From contig NC_059434.1 of the NCBI RefSeq assembly GCF_021028975.2, positions 64,914,001 through 64,978,000 of the forward strand: 64,000 nt of DNA, given 5' to 3'. The notes under the pieces are model-generated. The model was not told the origin of the DNA. It made no database searches and was given only the letters and a program-made list of their open reading frames with translations. Within the stretch, counting starts at the first letter, position 1; the number at the start of each line of letters is the position of its first letter. Positions 50,265 to 64,000 of the stretch are shown piece by piece. The stretch comes from Sphaerodactylus townsendi. Its lineage: Eukaryota. The position numbers were made by a program, and so were the translations under genes.

Positions 50265-50638
50265 AGAAGGTGTCCAACATTCTGAGGTAAGACTGTGCTT
50301 TTCATGCAGGAAAACCAAAGTTTTGTCCCCAGCATCTTCATTTAAAAGGAGCAAGTAGTAGATGAAGTGAAATACCTCTAGTTGAGAACCTGGAGACATA
50401 CTGCCAGTTAGAATAGGCCCATGGTGGCAAACCTATGGCACTCCAGATGTTCATGGACTACAATTCCCATCAGCCCCTGCCAGCACTGGCCAATTGGCCA
50501 GTGCTGGCAGGGGCTGATGGGAATTGTAGTCCATGAACATCTGGAGTGCCATAGGTTCGCCACCACTGGAATAGGCAGTACTGACCTTGAAAGACCAAGG
50601 GTCTTATGCAGTGTAGAACAGCTTCATGTCTATGTTCT
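50265..50638 (+). mobile_element. Squam3-like SINE interrupted by a hAT MITE
   Basis: cctggagacatactgccagttagaataggc|agtactgaccttgaaagaccaagggtc...cagcttcatgt. Confidence 0.6.
50419..50568. mobile_element. 150-bp palindromic hAT-Charlie (URR1-like) MITE
   Basis: Perfect TSD GAATAGGC (50411-50418, 50569-50576); near-perfect palindrome containing ggactacaattcccatcagccc. Confidence 0.93.
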
Positions 50639-51478
50639 GTAAAACAGTGTAACCCAATTTCTGTTATTTCTGGAGCTGTTCAGTTCTTCCTACAGTGTAA
50701 ATATCTTCCTCAGCATTAGGCTGCTGAAGTCAACAGGGTTTAGGCAGTCGAATTGTACATAGGATTGTAGCCTAAGTCTAACAAAAAGAATTTGCATTTA
50801 TATTCTGCAATCCATTCTAAAACTTGCTTGTAATCCAATGCTTTCTGTTAGAAGAACAGCCAGCAGATTTTTAAACCATTTTTTTTAGATCAGCTGTTTG
50901 GAATGAGTTACCATTAACATATACGGCTATATACTGAAAGCTTTTTACTGCTTTGATCAGAACAGTAAAATGCCTCAGACGAATATAAGCATAACAGAGT
51001 GCTTAATTCTTCTGTAGTAAACAATCTGTATGCCTGAGATAGTATGCGAGTCAGGTAAATCCTTTCTCTGGTTGTTTTGAGCCTACATTCTGACTTGAAT
51101 GCCAGGAATGTTTTTCATAACTATCAAACCAAAACATTTTTCTTGATTCCATTCAAGGTTTTGGATTGATATTGTAACAACAGAAAAAAGAAATGAGGAA
51201 CATGAAGATATCACAGTGTATGCAATATCCTAGGACAATGATACTACACACCATTGGTGATGTAGAACACATGCAATGTTGTGCTCTCAAGAAGCCTCTT
51301 CCGTCTCCAGAATTCTACCGCCAACTATATTAGTGCAGAGACTTCTTGCAACCATCATTCTCATTTGTTATCCACTCCCATCTTCTCCAATACCCATGTG
51401 TCCTGGGATGGTAGTGAAGGAATGTATTGAAAATTATGCCCGCATAATAAATTTTGACTTGAGATATAGGTTTTAAAT

Positions 51479-51895
51479 CAGGGGTTTCCCAACCTTTTTG
51501 AGCCTGATGTCATCTTTGGAATTACGACAAAGGCTGATGGGCACAACCACACAATGGTTGCCACGAGAGATGCATCTACTCGCTAAATGACTGCCACAGG
51601 AGGCAGAGCCACACATACAGCTCAAGGGCAGCAGAAAAGAGTAATTTAAAAGAATAGATTGGGAAAGAGGTATGAAAGATAATAAAAGTAGCCTTAGTGG
51701 TAGTTGCCACTGAAACAAAAGGCCTCTTCCGCACAGGCAAAATAATGTGTTTTCAAACCACTTTCACAACTGTTTGCAAGTGGATTTTGCTATTCCACAC
51801 AGCTTCAAAGAGCACTGAAAGCAGTTTGAAAGTGCATTATTCTGCATGTGCAGAATGAGCCTCAGTTATTTTAATCTGCACAGCCAATCAAATAT
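51479..51895. mobile_element. hAT-Charlie fragment hosting a Harbinger MITE
   Basis: Begins CAGGGGTTTCCCAACCTTTTT; right end not found. Confidence 0.55.
51721..51861. mobile_element. 141-bp Harbinger-like MITE
   Basis: Reverse-orientation copy of 45293-45433. Confidence 0.88.
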
Positions 51896-54506
51896 CTAGT
51901 GGTGTCAGGAACTGTGCCTGGTGATTCGGACATTTCTAGCTTAATGCTTTGGCAACAATTTATATTGACAAGGGGGGCATATGGTGATGGAGATGTACTT
52001 TTGCTTCAGTGTAATTGTTGCAAGATATATGTACCGGTAACCAGCCTGATGTTTGTAGTGGAACATTTTTCCTTTCCTTTCCTTGACCTTTTATGGCTTA
52101 AAACTTGTAGATAACTATGCAGTGGGACATAATTACCCTCTGGCAACCACACTGGTGACAGCAAAGCCCATTTGTAAGCTGGAAGTTACCAGCAATTCCC
52201 TTCCCCACCCCCCAAAATGATGGTGGTACAGACCCAAACTTATCTTCCAGAGTTTCCAGTCTGAAACCCCAAGAGCTTTATGTCCCATCATTAAAAAATA
52301 CTGAACACCAGAATTTTAAAAATCTGTCTTTAATTACAGTTGTATTGTTTATACAAGAATGTAAAATTTTAACTGTGTATAAAAGGTCTTTACAGTTAAA
52401 CTCAATAATCACTTCATTGCTGGTGGGTCTGTATGGGGCAGGATACTGAACCACACCAATATCCTTCTAGATAAAAATGTAAGTTTGAAGGAATAGTGTT
52501 ACTAATAATTATGAATAACTTTCAGCTCCATTTAAAGGGGGGGTGATTCACACCAACGTATTTGTCTCTCCGGGGCACTTGCAGCAGCCCTCCCCAGTGG
52601 TGGAATGTAGTGTTGGATGTTGTGCCAGTGTCCCTACCCCTTTGCTGCCACCATTGTGGGGGTGGTCCAAGGTCATGGCCACGGGAAGAGTTGGTATCTG
52701 TTAGAGGAAGTTGAAATGTTAAAGGCAGCAAACCAGTACTTAAATGGGAGGGGTAAGAGGTAATAGAGTGAAAAAGGACATCTGACTGTGTCATTATAAG
52801 TTTATTGAGAGACTGGGAAAGTCTCCCAGTTGTTTATCACAGACTCCCAACTTGAGTGATAACAATGATGGCCTCTTTTTTAATTTAAAAAAACAAGAAT
52901 GGAATAGATTGAGGCATTTTCTGATTGAAAACTTGTATTTTCTTTTTAAGCTTCATGCAACAGGCATACAACAGTAATTTATGCAGTTCTGAATCAGAAT
53001 TTAGATTAAAACTTTGAAGTACATGTACAAAGAATTGTGCTGTTTAAAACTCAAGCTCTCATTTTTGAGCACTTTGATATCAAGCAAGGGTTGTGATTTT
53101 AATGGGCTTCCTCTTTTTTCCCAAGACATGAGAAACAGTGAGTTGTAAAGATTTATGTACTATGTCACTGGATTTTTACACATTTCTGTTACCTTAAGAT
53201 TGGTTCTTTTATGAAAACATTTTTCTTCTTCTCTCCATCAAAGCTACATCTCTTACTGTACAAGTCAGTGTTGTTTCTGTTGTGTGAAGGTTTTTTTAGA
53301 AACTCACCAGCACTTCAAAAATCACAGTTGCAAATATTATATGATGTTTCACTTCTGTTAAAATTGCAACCTCAATTGTTCTAGACAAAAAGCTCAGTGG
53401 CCGTGGGGAATTCAGTGTCTTCAAAACTCTCAGGTAAAGTTTTTAATTTTCACATGGGTATTTCTTGAAGCAAGCAGAAATGAAAATATTTCTGTATAGG
53501 TTAATATACCACTGATGTATATTAAAGTCCTGCAAAAGTCCACTTACCTACTATAGAAATTTAATCCTAAACAAAAACAAAACAAATCAAGACTACCCAA
53601 GCAATGAAGGAAACATATATTATTTATTTGATTTATTTATTTGATTTAATATACCGCCCAATCCCTGAAGGATAAGGATGATTTGAGCTTATTTCAAACT
53701 ATGCTTTGTTTTCAACCTGGTTTGAGTGGTGACCAATTATATGTACCTGCACTGAGTCCAGGTTTCAGATGGGATGACAGCACATGCATTTTACCCATTT
53801 TAGCCATTATACTAATCCTCCTTGGTCACACCATAGGCTGTATCCACACACAGGGGCCCCCCCCCCAATTTTCTTAGCCTTAGTCACACATTTTAGTTTG
53901 TGTTCACACAATGTCACCCCTCCCCACCACCCCCAATTCCTGAATAAATTGTGAACAGACTGTCCACTAAATATTCTACAGCTTTTTAACCTGAAAAAAA
54001 GAAAAAGAAATCCTGCCTGGTGTTGTCAGACAATCTTTTTCACGTGTCCAGCTGGAAAGTTATATTTTGTGTCTGAATGAAAGATTATGTCCCTTTCATT
54101 CCCTCCCCGTGCATTTTCTCTAACAGCCTTGATGTCACTGTTGACACCAATAAAGTTCAGATTTTTTAAAAAAATTAAGTTACAATGGTTTTACTACATT
54201 ACAGTGCAAATGACACATATTTTCATCTACTGTATGCATTAGCATTTGAAAAGTTCCTAAAGTGTTATCTTCCCTTTCCTCAGGCAGCAGGAAGCCATTT
54301 AACTTTAAAACATAGATGACCATAATGAAACTCCCAGTACCTTCCAACAATTAGCATTACCAAAGAATTCTAGCACTATTTTTTTCTGCAGCAGCACTAT
54401 GGAAATGTGTGGTTGTTTTTAAGTTTACAGCTGTGCTATTGTTGAACACTGCTACATTCATACCAAACCTTTTTAAAGGTGGGTGCAGAATTATTAAGGC
54501 AGCATG

Positions 54507-55576
54507 CAAGGATGCAGGTAAGGGGGGGTTTCTCGGGTTCAACCCTCCAATGCATGTCCGAAGCTCCCCCCCCCCACCCCGTTTGTGGGTTTTTTTGTAT
54601 TTTAAAGTGCTTTTTGGGTTTTGGCCTGCAGGGGGCACATTTTTTAGGCTAGTGGCACCAAAATTTCAGGCTATTGTCAACTGACACTCCTGATGATACC
54701 AACCAAATTTGGTAAAGTTTGGTGCAGGGGGTGTGCCCCATCCAATCAAGGGGTGTGCCCCATCCCCCATTGTTTCCAATGGGAGCTAATAGTAGATGGG
54801 GCTACCCTTTTGAGGGTCCATATCTTTGGACCCCCTGAACCAAACTTCACTAAACCTAGGTTGTATTAGCAGGAGAGTCTCCTGCTGACACCACCCAGGT
54901 TTGGTGAAGGTTGGCTCAGGGGGTCCACAGTTATGGACTCCGAAAAGGGGTGCCCCATCCCCCATTGTTTCCAATGGGAGCTAATAGAAGATGAGGGCTA
55001 CACCTTTGAAGGTCCATAAATTTGGACCCCTGAACCAAACTTCACCAAATCTGGGTGGTATCATCAGGAGAGTCTCCTAAAGATGCCCTGAAAGTTTGGT
55101 GATGCTAGCTTAACAATTGCACCCCTGACAGCAGGCACCCCCCAAAATTCCCCAGATTCTCCTTTTGAATCCACCCCCTTCAGCATGGATTGAAAGGGAG
55201 AATCTGGGCTCCCTAATTTAAACACCATTGAAAGTGATGCTGTTTGGGGGTGGATTTCAGCATCACAGCATCCACCCACGGGGGGCACAAACCTCAGGTT
55301 TTGCACCGGGCTCCACTTTCCCTAGCTACCCCTCTGCCTGGAGGGGAGGGAGAAGGGACTGCCAGCTACCAGCTAGGAGCCCAGTTGGTGGTGGGGTGGG
55401 GGGTGGGTGGGGCGAGCAGGGCAGGGGAGTCTGCCATCTCTGGCCTCGGAAAGCTGCTTTTATAAGCACTGAGGCCGGGGCAGGCCTTGGGGAGGTGTGG
55501 CCATGCCCCCAGGGGCGGGTGTGGGCATGGCATCACCCCCGAACCCTCCCCATAAAAATCTATACCTATGTCACTG
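54507..55576. mobile_element. Composite hAT non-autonomous element
   Basis: Perfect TSD GCAGCATG (54499-54506, 55577-55584); TIRs CAAGGATGCAGGTA / TACCTATGTCACTG; internal repeats shared with 856-1343. Confidence 0.9.
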
Positions 55577-58500
55577 GCAGCATGACAACAGGGAGGAATA
55601 CAAACCACATCTGGTGTGAAATGAGAACTGTGACTGATAAGGCTTCTCTTGTGCTGTGTGAATTAAACAAATGTTATTTGAGCAAAAATTGCATTGGCTA
55701 CGTGACCACCTCAGGGGGAAAAATCTTGTGTGGAGTCTGCCATAGTTTTCCCCTGATAAAATGCACAGAGCTGGAATGGGAGCAAGTGTGCTTGCTATAT
55801 CCTTTTCGCATTAGTCTCGCCACTTCAATATATGATGGACAAATTGTTTACACACAGGGTCCATCCTGGTGACTAGGATCACTGTTTTTTAACATTTCCA
55901 ATCATTTTTCCCAATCACAGGGATGGAGACAGTTCATGTACACTACACTCCTGTTAGGAAAATATGTAAGGTCACAACAGGAGGCAGAGCCTATACAGTC
56001 ACTCCCACATTCCCACTATACACATTGTGCCTGTACATGTGTTTGGCACATGTACAGATAGCTACTGTGAATAGAGTTTGAGTATCACTGCAGTATCATA
56101 TGGATGGCAGGTTGTACCTTACTCTCAGCCTCTGAAACCACAATCATGGTTCATTACGCAAAGTCTACTAAATCTGGGATCTGGTTAAGATGGTCTATTC
56201 CATTGTTGCTTTCAAGATCATAACTATTATGTAGAAAACTAATTTCAATCCACTTCATTTGGATGTAACAGCATTATAATTTTTGTTAATTGTTTAGGTG
56301 GCAATCCACTGTAAATTATTTTAATTAAAGAAATGAAACTGACCACTAGATTACAATTTAATGAACATCAGATGTTCTACTTATCCTCCCTCCTTCTTAA
56401 TAAGAAATGCACAAAGTCTTAATCATAACATCTCCCTTAAATATAGCAATAAATCATAACATGTGAAAGATTACCAGTCAGCAAGGCTTAAATGTTGGGT
56501 ACATTCAGATACATTACTCATATCAGAAGAGCACCAATAATTTTCAGATGCACACCTTCGAATATTTTACAGCTGTTAGTGCATGGCTCATTAATGATAC
56601 ATTTCATGCTGTAAAACTTACACTAAAGTCAGCCAAAAATTTATACTGCACTATTTTCCCATAAAATCTAGAATTCTGGAAAAAGGTGCACTACATATTT
56701 ATAGCAGCATTTTGTATACATTTGCCATTTATGTTCTTATTTAAATTTATAGGCTGCTTTTTGTTCTCAAGGGCCCTTAAAGTAGGATGCAATAAATACA
56801 ACCATGAGCCATAAAAGACAATTCATTAAGGAAACACAAATACAAAATCCCAACAGCAGTATTATGATGGAAAATAGTCCCGACTCTCGAAATACCTGGT
56901 GGAATAAAAATGACTTCACTTGGAGAGGGAATTATACTATACAGCTGATACCACTGAAAAGAGTGCTATTTCTGGTTAAAAATATTATTCTAAATTGTAA
57001 TGGCATCCAAACCAGATGCTTTCCAGCAGATCTCAGATAGAAGGAAGAAATACTCCCCTTTCTACTGTGCCAAGGCAGAGATATTTTTGAGTACAAATCA
57101 GGGCTGACATCAGGGACCTTGCTGTCTCTAGAGGTGAATTGATATTTTATTGTGCTACAGATCTATAATCCAATGGAATCCAGTTCTTCTAGTGTTACCA
57201 CCATGTATGTGAACGACAGTACAGTAGGCCAGCTAAAGGCAACTTTATTCCAGATGACTCAGATCAAGCCAGGTATGCACATGAGATGCCCAAGTCATCT
57301 AGTTAGCTTTTCCATATCACATCATTGAGCTCCTAGCCAGAGGTATACCTCAGCAGCACTTTAGGTGTCTTTGGGTTGCAAGTGCACAAGTATTACTATT
57401 AAAGATCTCTGCTTCCATTATAAGCTTTTTATTAAAGCTTAACCATTTTGAATTTAATATTGACTAAATGTCAGGCCTTGCCATTCTGGGCCTGCCAAAA
57501 TGCACAAGACATGCCCGGGCATGTCTGGCTGCAGCTGGACTGGTATTAGCATTGCCCAAGGCCAGAGGCCCTGCCTTTTGTTACTGCAGTAATGTAGTGA
57601 ATGGAGTCCACCGATTCTCCCTAATCGCCCCTTCCCGGGGAGAAGCCAAGCCATTCCCAAAACAATGTATCTACCTTCAACTGTCCTTTCAACTGTCCTT
57701 TCTCATGCTGATATGGGGGGAATGCAAAGGTGGGGGTTAACTGACTGTAACTGTAAGGTTCATACTGGGGCCAGGGAGCTGGGGCTTCAGTCTCAGCAAC
57801 CTGGCCATAGGGGTCAGACACAGTTCTAATAAAGCTCCTGAAGCCATTCTCGAGTCTTGTTATTGACTGGGGTACCAAACCCTTACACTAAATCAACAAA
57901 ATATTTTATCATCAGACTTTGTCACACAGATAATTAAGGGAGAACAATTACATGAGTCCATATGGTTTCTTAACCTAAAAATAAGCAGGTTACAGGCAAG
58001 AAGCTCCTGCTGAGAAGAAGTATTTCCCTATTTATAGGATTTTAGCATCATCTCCATGAATTACAGAAGTGCAACTACATTAATTTGTTGTGGAAAAAAA
58101 CATACACCACACATTTTTTGGTCTACAATAGTCTTTCATAGACATGATGTTGCTGTATGGTGGTGTATCATGATCACTTCGGGATGTGATCCCTGATTAA
58201 CTATTCCCAGCAATGGAGTTTTTAAAAATCTGTTAAATCAGTTCTCAAGTGGGTCAATAAAGGTTAACCATTAGTAGGAAGCAACTCTTCCTTAATATTC
58301 AGAAAGCAACTCTTCCTTAACATCAAAAATGTTTGCCTCCCTGTATATGAAGTTTTCTTATACAAAGTCATATCTTTGGTGTAACAGGCTATTATGGGAC
58401 TTTTATGCTTATGTGGTCTCCTTTGCATCGAGTGTACATTCCCTTCTGATTCTCAGTCACACACATATTTTGCTTTCTTCAGCAGTCACCCCACCTTCAG

Positions 58501-60226
58501 ATCAGAGAATCCCCATAGTTTCTGAAACCTATTTGATTGTGACTTTTCTCTCCCTTTGTATGGAAAGTGAAGAAAATCAATGTGCATTAGGCTTTCTGTG
58601 CTGTCTCCACCATTTCGCTCATAACTGCTAAGGTTTGTTCTTGTTGCTGAGACTCTCCTGCCATTTATCTGCAGTCTCTCCCAGCCCCTGGCTTCCTGGA
58701 GGTCCCTGCTCCTACTGGTGACTTCAAATGTGGGGCTGTTGATTGTGGGGTTCTCCAGGGTCCCTGGATGGGCATCTGTGGCAAGGAGAGGGATGGAACA
58801 GGTTTCCTGGTGCTAGGCGGCAGCCCCACCCCTGGAAATGGTGTTAATTACATTGATTTTGCAACAACCTTTTTATTTCAATATTGCAATATATAGATTT
58901 GTATTTTTCTTCCATGGTTCTTGTTTCTGTTGCCCTTTTTATAACAACATTGATGACTAATATACTCTCTGCACTCCCCTTGGGGGGAAAAACAGATATG
59001 CAGCTATTACGGCACAAGCCATTCAAAATCAGAAAAAAACCTTTTAAATATACAGATAGAGAGACCTGTGCTTGTAGATGGAGACAGAGGTCACCACTGT
59101 GAACATGTTTCACTTTTTGCTCAACTTTGGCTGGTTGGCAAACTGTAGCCATTCTAGTATAAGCAGGTTCTGGCCACAATTATCCATGCTCCGATCACCT
59201 TTAGGATGGATTGCGTCAATATTTTCTATGTGTGGCTGCCTCTGAAGACATAGAAACAGATTGTATTTACAAAAACCTATGTTGTCATTACCTAAAACAT
59301 AACATCATATCAGTGACAAACTCACTAGGTTGCCGCAGTCTACAGAACTGAATGGCTTTGTGAGCAAATGAGACAGAGGATAGTGAGAACAAAGAAGAGA
59401 ATATCAGGCCTGAACTTGAATCTCTTTTGTTTGCATTGATACTGAAAATTGCTGAAAGAAGCTATGTTTTTGGCATGGAACAAATAAGAGAAAACATTTT
59501 CCCTCAGCCTTCGATTAATTATGGTGTCACTGATAGGAGATCCCCATCTTGGTAAACCATAGCATCTTTCTGTGTTCTTTAAAGATATCTTTCAAATGTA
59601 AGCAAACCCATATCTAGCTGCAGCACACATATATTAGGTGGGTTGTAAAGATATATGCAGGAACCCAGAGATCATATTTAAAATAACATGTATCTGATCC
59701 TCTAACAGGGAAAAAAGCAGTTTGATGTTGTATCTTGGCAAGAACAGGTACCAGCTGCAAAACACTGAAAAGAATTAGGGTCGATGTGAAGAAAGATGAA
59801 TAGTGATAAAGTGCTTCCTTCTAGCTCAGAATGTCAGTGATGTGTGCATAATTTTTTTCTGCTTAGAGCTTTAGGTCTCCAGACACCAACGGCAGAATAA
59901 ATAAAGGAAATTATTCAAGATTATTGAAAAAGGATTAGTGGTAGAATTAAGCAGAATTGTATGCTTCAGTACCTGGTTGATTACTCTGCATTCTTAGGCA
60001 CCTGACTGACAAAGATAACTAAATCTATGTAGCATGTTTCTTAAAGCCTACATATTCTACACCCACATGCACGCACACACGCACACACACAGGTACCAGC
60101 ATATAGTTCTGAATAGGAGATCAGGAATTCAATCAGGCAAGAACTTTATTTAGTGAGAAGACATGCCTCTTAAAATAATGGGAAATTTGCTTTTATGCTA
60201 CTGGAGGGTTACATTACCAATACAGT

Positions 60227-60316
60227 CAGTGGTGGGATTGAGCCGGTTCGCACCGATTCGGCAGAACCAGAAGCTAGTTTTTTGCTTAGTTCCCCAACTG
60301 GCTGAATCCCACTACT
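60227..60316. mobile_element. Short hAT MITE (family of 39385-39520)
   Basis: CAGTGGTGGGATTGAGC / GCTGAATCCCACTACT. Confidence 0.75.
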
Positions 60317-60914
60317 CCAGTGGAAGGGGAGCAAGAAGACTTCATGAGCCCCGGATCATCCTGGTGCCTTGCCACTAGGCTGTTCTGGGGCTCTAAAAGC
60401 CCCCTCACTCCCCCTTTCAGGAGAGGGCAAGCGAGGGGGCTTTCAGAGCTCTGGAGCAACTGGGCACAAGCAGGCCTCTGCCAAAGGCTGTGCCGCCAGC
60501 CCAGAGGTGCATGGCCTGCTTGGTGGCCAGCCAGCCCCCCACTGTGGCCTCCAGCAGCCGCCTCCCAGGGCCTCCCAGTTTATGCTGGAGAAAGGCCCCT
60601 TGGACTGTGTAGCCAGCCCCCAGGCTGCTCTGAGGCTGGCCCTTTCAGTGACTGGGCGTTCGGCCTGGCAGCACGCAGGCAAACCCATAGCCTTCCCTCA
60701 TCACCCTCTGGCAGCCCAACAAGGAAAATGTGGGCAGGTGGAGGAAAAGAACTAGATTAATGTAACTATGTTTAGGATTGCACTATAAGCAGTCTAATGC
60801 AGCACAATGAACTTAAAATGTTCTCTTCTTGTATCAAATATTTTGTGGCTTTCTAGTTCTATTTTTTTGAACAGTAAAGAGACAATTTTCATCCATGTCA
60901 TAAAATCAATATTC

Positions 60915-61028
60915 CCCAGGATTCTCGTGGCTGCTTTGGAAGGTGGACTCTTTGGTGTTATACCCTGTTGAAGTCCCTCCTCAGGTTCCATCCCCAAATC
61001 TTCAGGTATTTTCCAATGGGAGTTGGAC
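60915..61028. mobile_element. Old hAT (Blackjack-like) fragment
   Basis: ctttggaaggtggactct...atcttcaggtattttcca...gagttgg, a recalled gecko repeat motif. Confidence 0.4.
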
Positions 61029-61249
61029 TGAACTGACAAATCAGAATTAATACTAGTCCTTTCATAACCATCTGAAACTTCATTTATATTATTAAATATC
61101 AAACATTCTGTGTAACCAAAACCATTACTAAAACCATTATTCTACTGAAATATATTCATGCTCAAGAGGTCTATGGATCCTGTATATTTTTGATACAACA
61201 GGGAGCCTTTTAAAAACATCTAGAAGGAGGATGAGTTACTCAATGTAAC

Positions 61250-61400
61250 CTATTTTATGTCATTTTATTTATGTATTTATTAGATTTACATCCCGCCCTT
61301 CCTGACAGAGCTCAGGGTGGCAAACAGCAGAATAAAACCATATAAAACAACACAATACAATGAAATGTAAAACAGTATAGACAAAAACAACAGCATCAGT
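61250..61400 (-). mobile_element. L2-type LINE tail
   Basis: tatttattagatttacatcccgcccttcc...gctcagggtgg. Confidence 0.6.
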
Positions 61401-63479
61401 TAAAACTTCAAAGGTAGAACAATAGAATAGAAAAGAAACAAATATTAACTTCCATGTGCTGTCCCGCCCCCCATGATTTCTCCCCCTTGCTTCATCTAGG
61501 AAGGTAGAGAAGCAGAGCTCATCGTCTGGAATTCCCCCCCCCCCATCATTACCAGGTAGCTAGCAACTCTAGTTTCAATAGGAAGCACTCCCATTTTGCC
61601 TTTATAATATTGCTTTTCACTGAAGTGATGGTTTCTGCTGGCCATGTGTTTCTGTTTGGACAGTTCCATTGCTTCTATTTGGACAGTTCCATTGTCTAAG
61701 TTTCCTGCAAGACATGTTCCTGATGTTCCAGAGGCTCGAGTAGAAGTGCAGAGGTAATGAGGTATATGCTGAGATCTGTATGAGCAAAGGGTTGTCTAAG
61801 ATGAAACAAGTTGTAATCGAGAGATACTCAAAGCCAAATTGTGCCGGCACCATGTGGATTACAAATGGAGCACAAGTGTATTAAATGCTCTGTGCTTCTT
61901 CAAAATACATGCAAGTGGGGAGTCATTGCTCTGCAAGTCAAAGGAGCTACCTGAAACAGGTATAGTCACATATTTGCTGTGCAAATATATTTTAAAAATT
62001 GTCCTCATTTTCTTCAGTGCCCTGGACAGCTTAGCTTAGCTTTATTGTGAGATCCGCAAAGCTCTTAAACACAATTGTCTTCAGTTCCAATATTGTCCAG
62101 CTTCTTTATGTGCCTTTATAAATAGCCAACTCCTTTTATGTGTTACAAAACATTTTATCAAGCAGAACTCTCAAATTGATTGTAGGTTCTTAATTGACAG
62201 TTCCTCTGATTTTGCAAAATAATCAATAGAAGAGGCAATTGCCTGCAACTTATAATAGCAGGCTGTGGTCTAAGAATATGATTTTCCCCAAAAATCTTTC
62301 CTTGGAAATGCCAACAAAAAGAAACAAGTGCTTTTATTGCAAATAAAAATTTATAAAGTTTCAATTTTTTCCTCCTTTTATTTCAAGAATGGGACCTTAA
62401 GCAGAGTGTTAATTGGGCCTGTCTCTTTTGGATAGGTGTAAGTGTAAATAGATTCTTTCCCACCCACTTGTCACTTATTCAATGAATTTCATTATCACCT
62501 TGCTAGAAGGCAGGGACTCAATTACACCTAGCCAAAGGGGAGCAGAGAGGTAGCCTTCTCAGTTTAACGAGCTAGAACAGAAATAGGTCGATAAATATGT
62601 ATAATTCACTAGAAGCCAATCATGTAAATCTGTTGGTGCTTTACAAATTGGCATTCCTACTCCCCAGTTGTATGTAAAGTGTTGACAGTATGCTGTCGTA
62701 ATGAGAGATATGGAGTAGCACATAGGTACTATCAACTGTCCCATTGCCTGGCAACTTCATGTTCTCACAGCCTCTGATTGTGCAAAGCAGCATGAAAGAC
62801 TATGAGACTGGAAATGAAGTAGAGAAGATGATACTGTATGAATGTCCTTATTCATTGCTATGATACCCAAAGTCTGATTTGCCAGCATAGACTGTGAGAC
62901 CCCAAAAAATTATTTGAAATTGTTATTATAGGTGCAGACTAAAATTTAGGAGAAATGAGACAATGTTGGAGAAAAAATACAGTGTTGTCTTCTCTTTCTC
63001 TAAAGGTGAAAATGCATCCTTCTCCTGAATTGGAAATCAGCTATAATTACACATGGCACACTGGGCTATATTTATACGCTTTTGTATACAACTGTCCAGT
63101 GCACTAGGTCATAAAGAGAACATGAATTGGCATCAAGTGTTTGACACGGGTCTTGGAACTTTTTGCACCTTTGGAGCTTGTCTTTTGTAACCAGGTCCCC
63201 TCATATGATGCACTGATTTTTTTTTAAAAAAAGAGCATGTACCCTTACTATGACTAAAATGAGTTCTTTGTGCTCACACACTACCCTTAAATGAACATTC
63301 TGACTGGTACTGAAATTATGAAATGGTTTTATTGATTTATTTATTCTCTAAATATGGGAACAAGTAAACATACACATGTTGACAAACCTAGATTCTAACA
63401 TTTTATATCAATTTTTCTCTGATCAATTAAACATTTGATATGACATCATAATTTATCCTGCAACTTCACAGGGTAAGAG

Positions 63480-64000
63480 GCTGACCTGGGGTGGGGTGAC
63501 TGGGCTGAGTGGGAGACAGTCCCAGTTTCCCTGAGACCTTAGTGGTATCTTACGGAATTCTGCAGGGCCTGTAAGACAGAGATGTTCCACCAGGCTTTTG
63601 GTTGAGACCACCCAGTGATATAATTCCATCTTGCTGGCCTCCCGACCAGTGGTGGGATCCAAAAATTTTAATAACAGGTTCCGATGGTGGTGGGATTCAA
63701 ACAGTGGCGCCGCCACACACACGCACCTCCAGTCCCTATTGGGCAGGAGGTTGCTTTAGTAACCCCTTCTTGGCACTCAGAAAAAATTAGTAACCACTTC
63801 TAGAGAAGTGGTGAGAACTGGTTGGATCTCATCTCTGTTCCCAACCATTTACCATCAACAATTTACCATTTACTGTGTTTCTGGTCACCCTTGATTACAT
63901 CTTACTCCAGGAGAGTTGAAGGAATTTATTCAGCACCATCAGAATTTGGATTGATTTTAATGTTATTTTATACATGACTTTATGATGTATAAGCCGTTCT
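63480..64000 (+). mobile_element. L2 3' fragment interrupted by a hAT MITE
   Basis: ttctgcagggcctgtaagacagagatgttccaccaggcttttgg, similar to 37345-37380; T-rich UTR runs to the window edge. Confidence 0.65.
63647..63837. mobile_element. hAT MITE (family of 17507-17888, opposite orientation)
   Basis: CAGTGGTGGGATCC / GGATCTCATCTCTG; degenerate TSD CTCCCGAC / TTCCCAAC. Confidence 0.85.

Noticed and set aside
53385-53440. Possible 49-nt exon (ctag|ACAAAAAG...CTCAG|gtaaag)
   Set aside because: Weak polypyrimidine tract, not frame-preserving, no recognisable peptide
55228-55872. 214-aa ORF
   Set aside because: Starts inside a hAT MITE and runs into flank; no domain features
60320-60760. Overlapping GC-rich ORFs
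   Set aside because: Open in several frames because of GC content; no recognisable protein; probably a repeat remnant

Overview
Eukaryotic, vertebrate DNA. The repeat complement (CR1, L2, RTE/BovB-like, L1/Tx1, Penelope, DIRS, 5S-derived and Squam3-like SINEs, many hAT/Harbinger/Tc-mariner MITEs) points to a squamate reptile, probably a gecko (inference). I find no host protein-coding gene that I can support, so the window looks intronic or intergenic. Best-resolved structures: (1) a Helitron with both termini (1354-4708, A|TC...CTAG|T) carrying a decayed Rep/Hel N-terminus, with a CpG-rich solo LTR (5-bp TSD) and a hairpin-rich Harbinger-type MITE nested inside; (2) three co-oriented solo LTRs of one family, each with its own 4-bp TSD, one looking mosaic; (3) a 5'-truncated DIRS tyrosine-recombinase retrotransposon (RT, MT-like, YR, terminal inverted-repeat structure); (4) many non-autonomous DNA transposons with readable TIRs and TSDs, including an OC1/Charlie-like element; (5) a Penelope inverted repeat with decayed hammerhead cores; (6) a TE-poor, motif-rich block (~20.9-26.4 kb) that may hold conserved enhancers. 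Two assembly gaps lie at 24777-24933 and 31051-31181. I see no convincing wholly new biological system; the best leads are the arthropod-like Helitron, the mosaic LTR trio and a few locally generated repeat structures. Family names come from recalled consensus motifs, not database searches.
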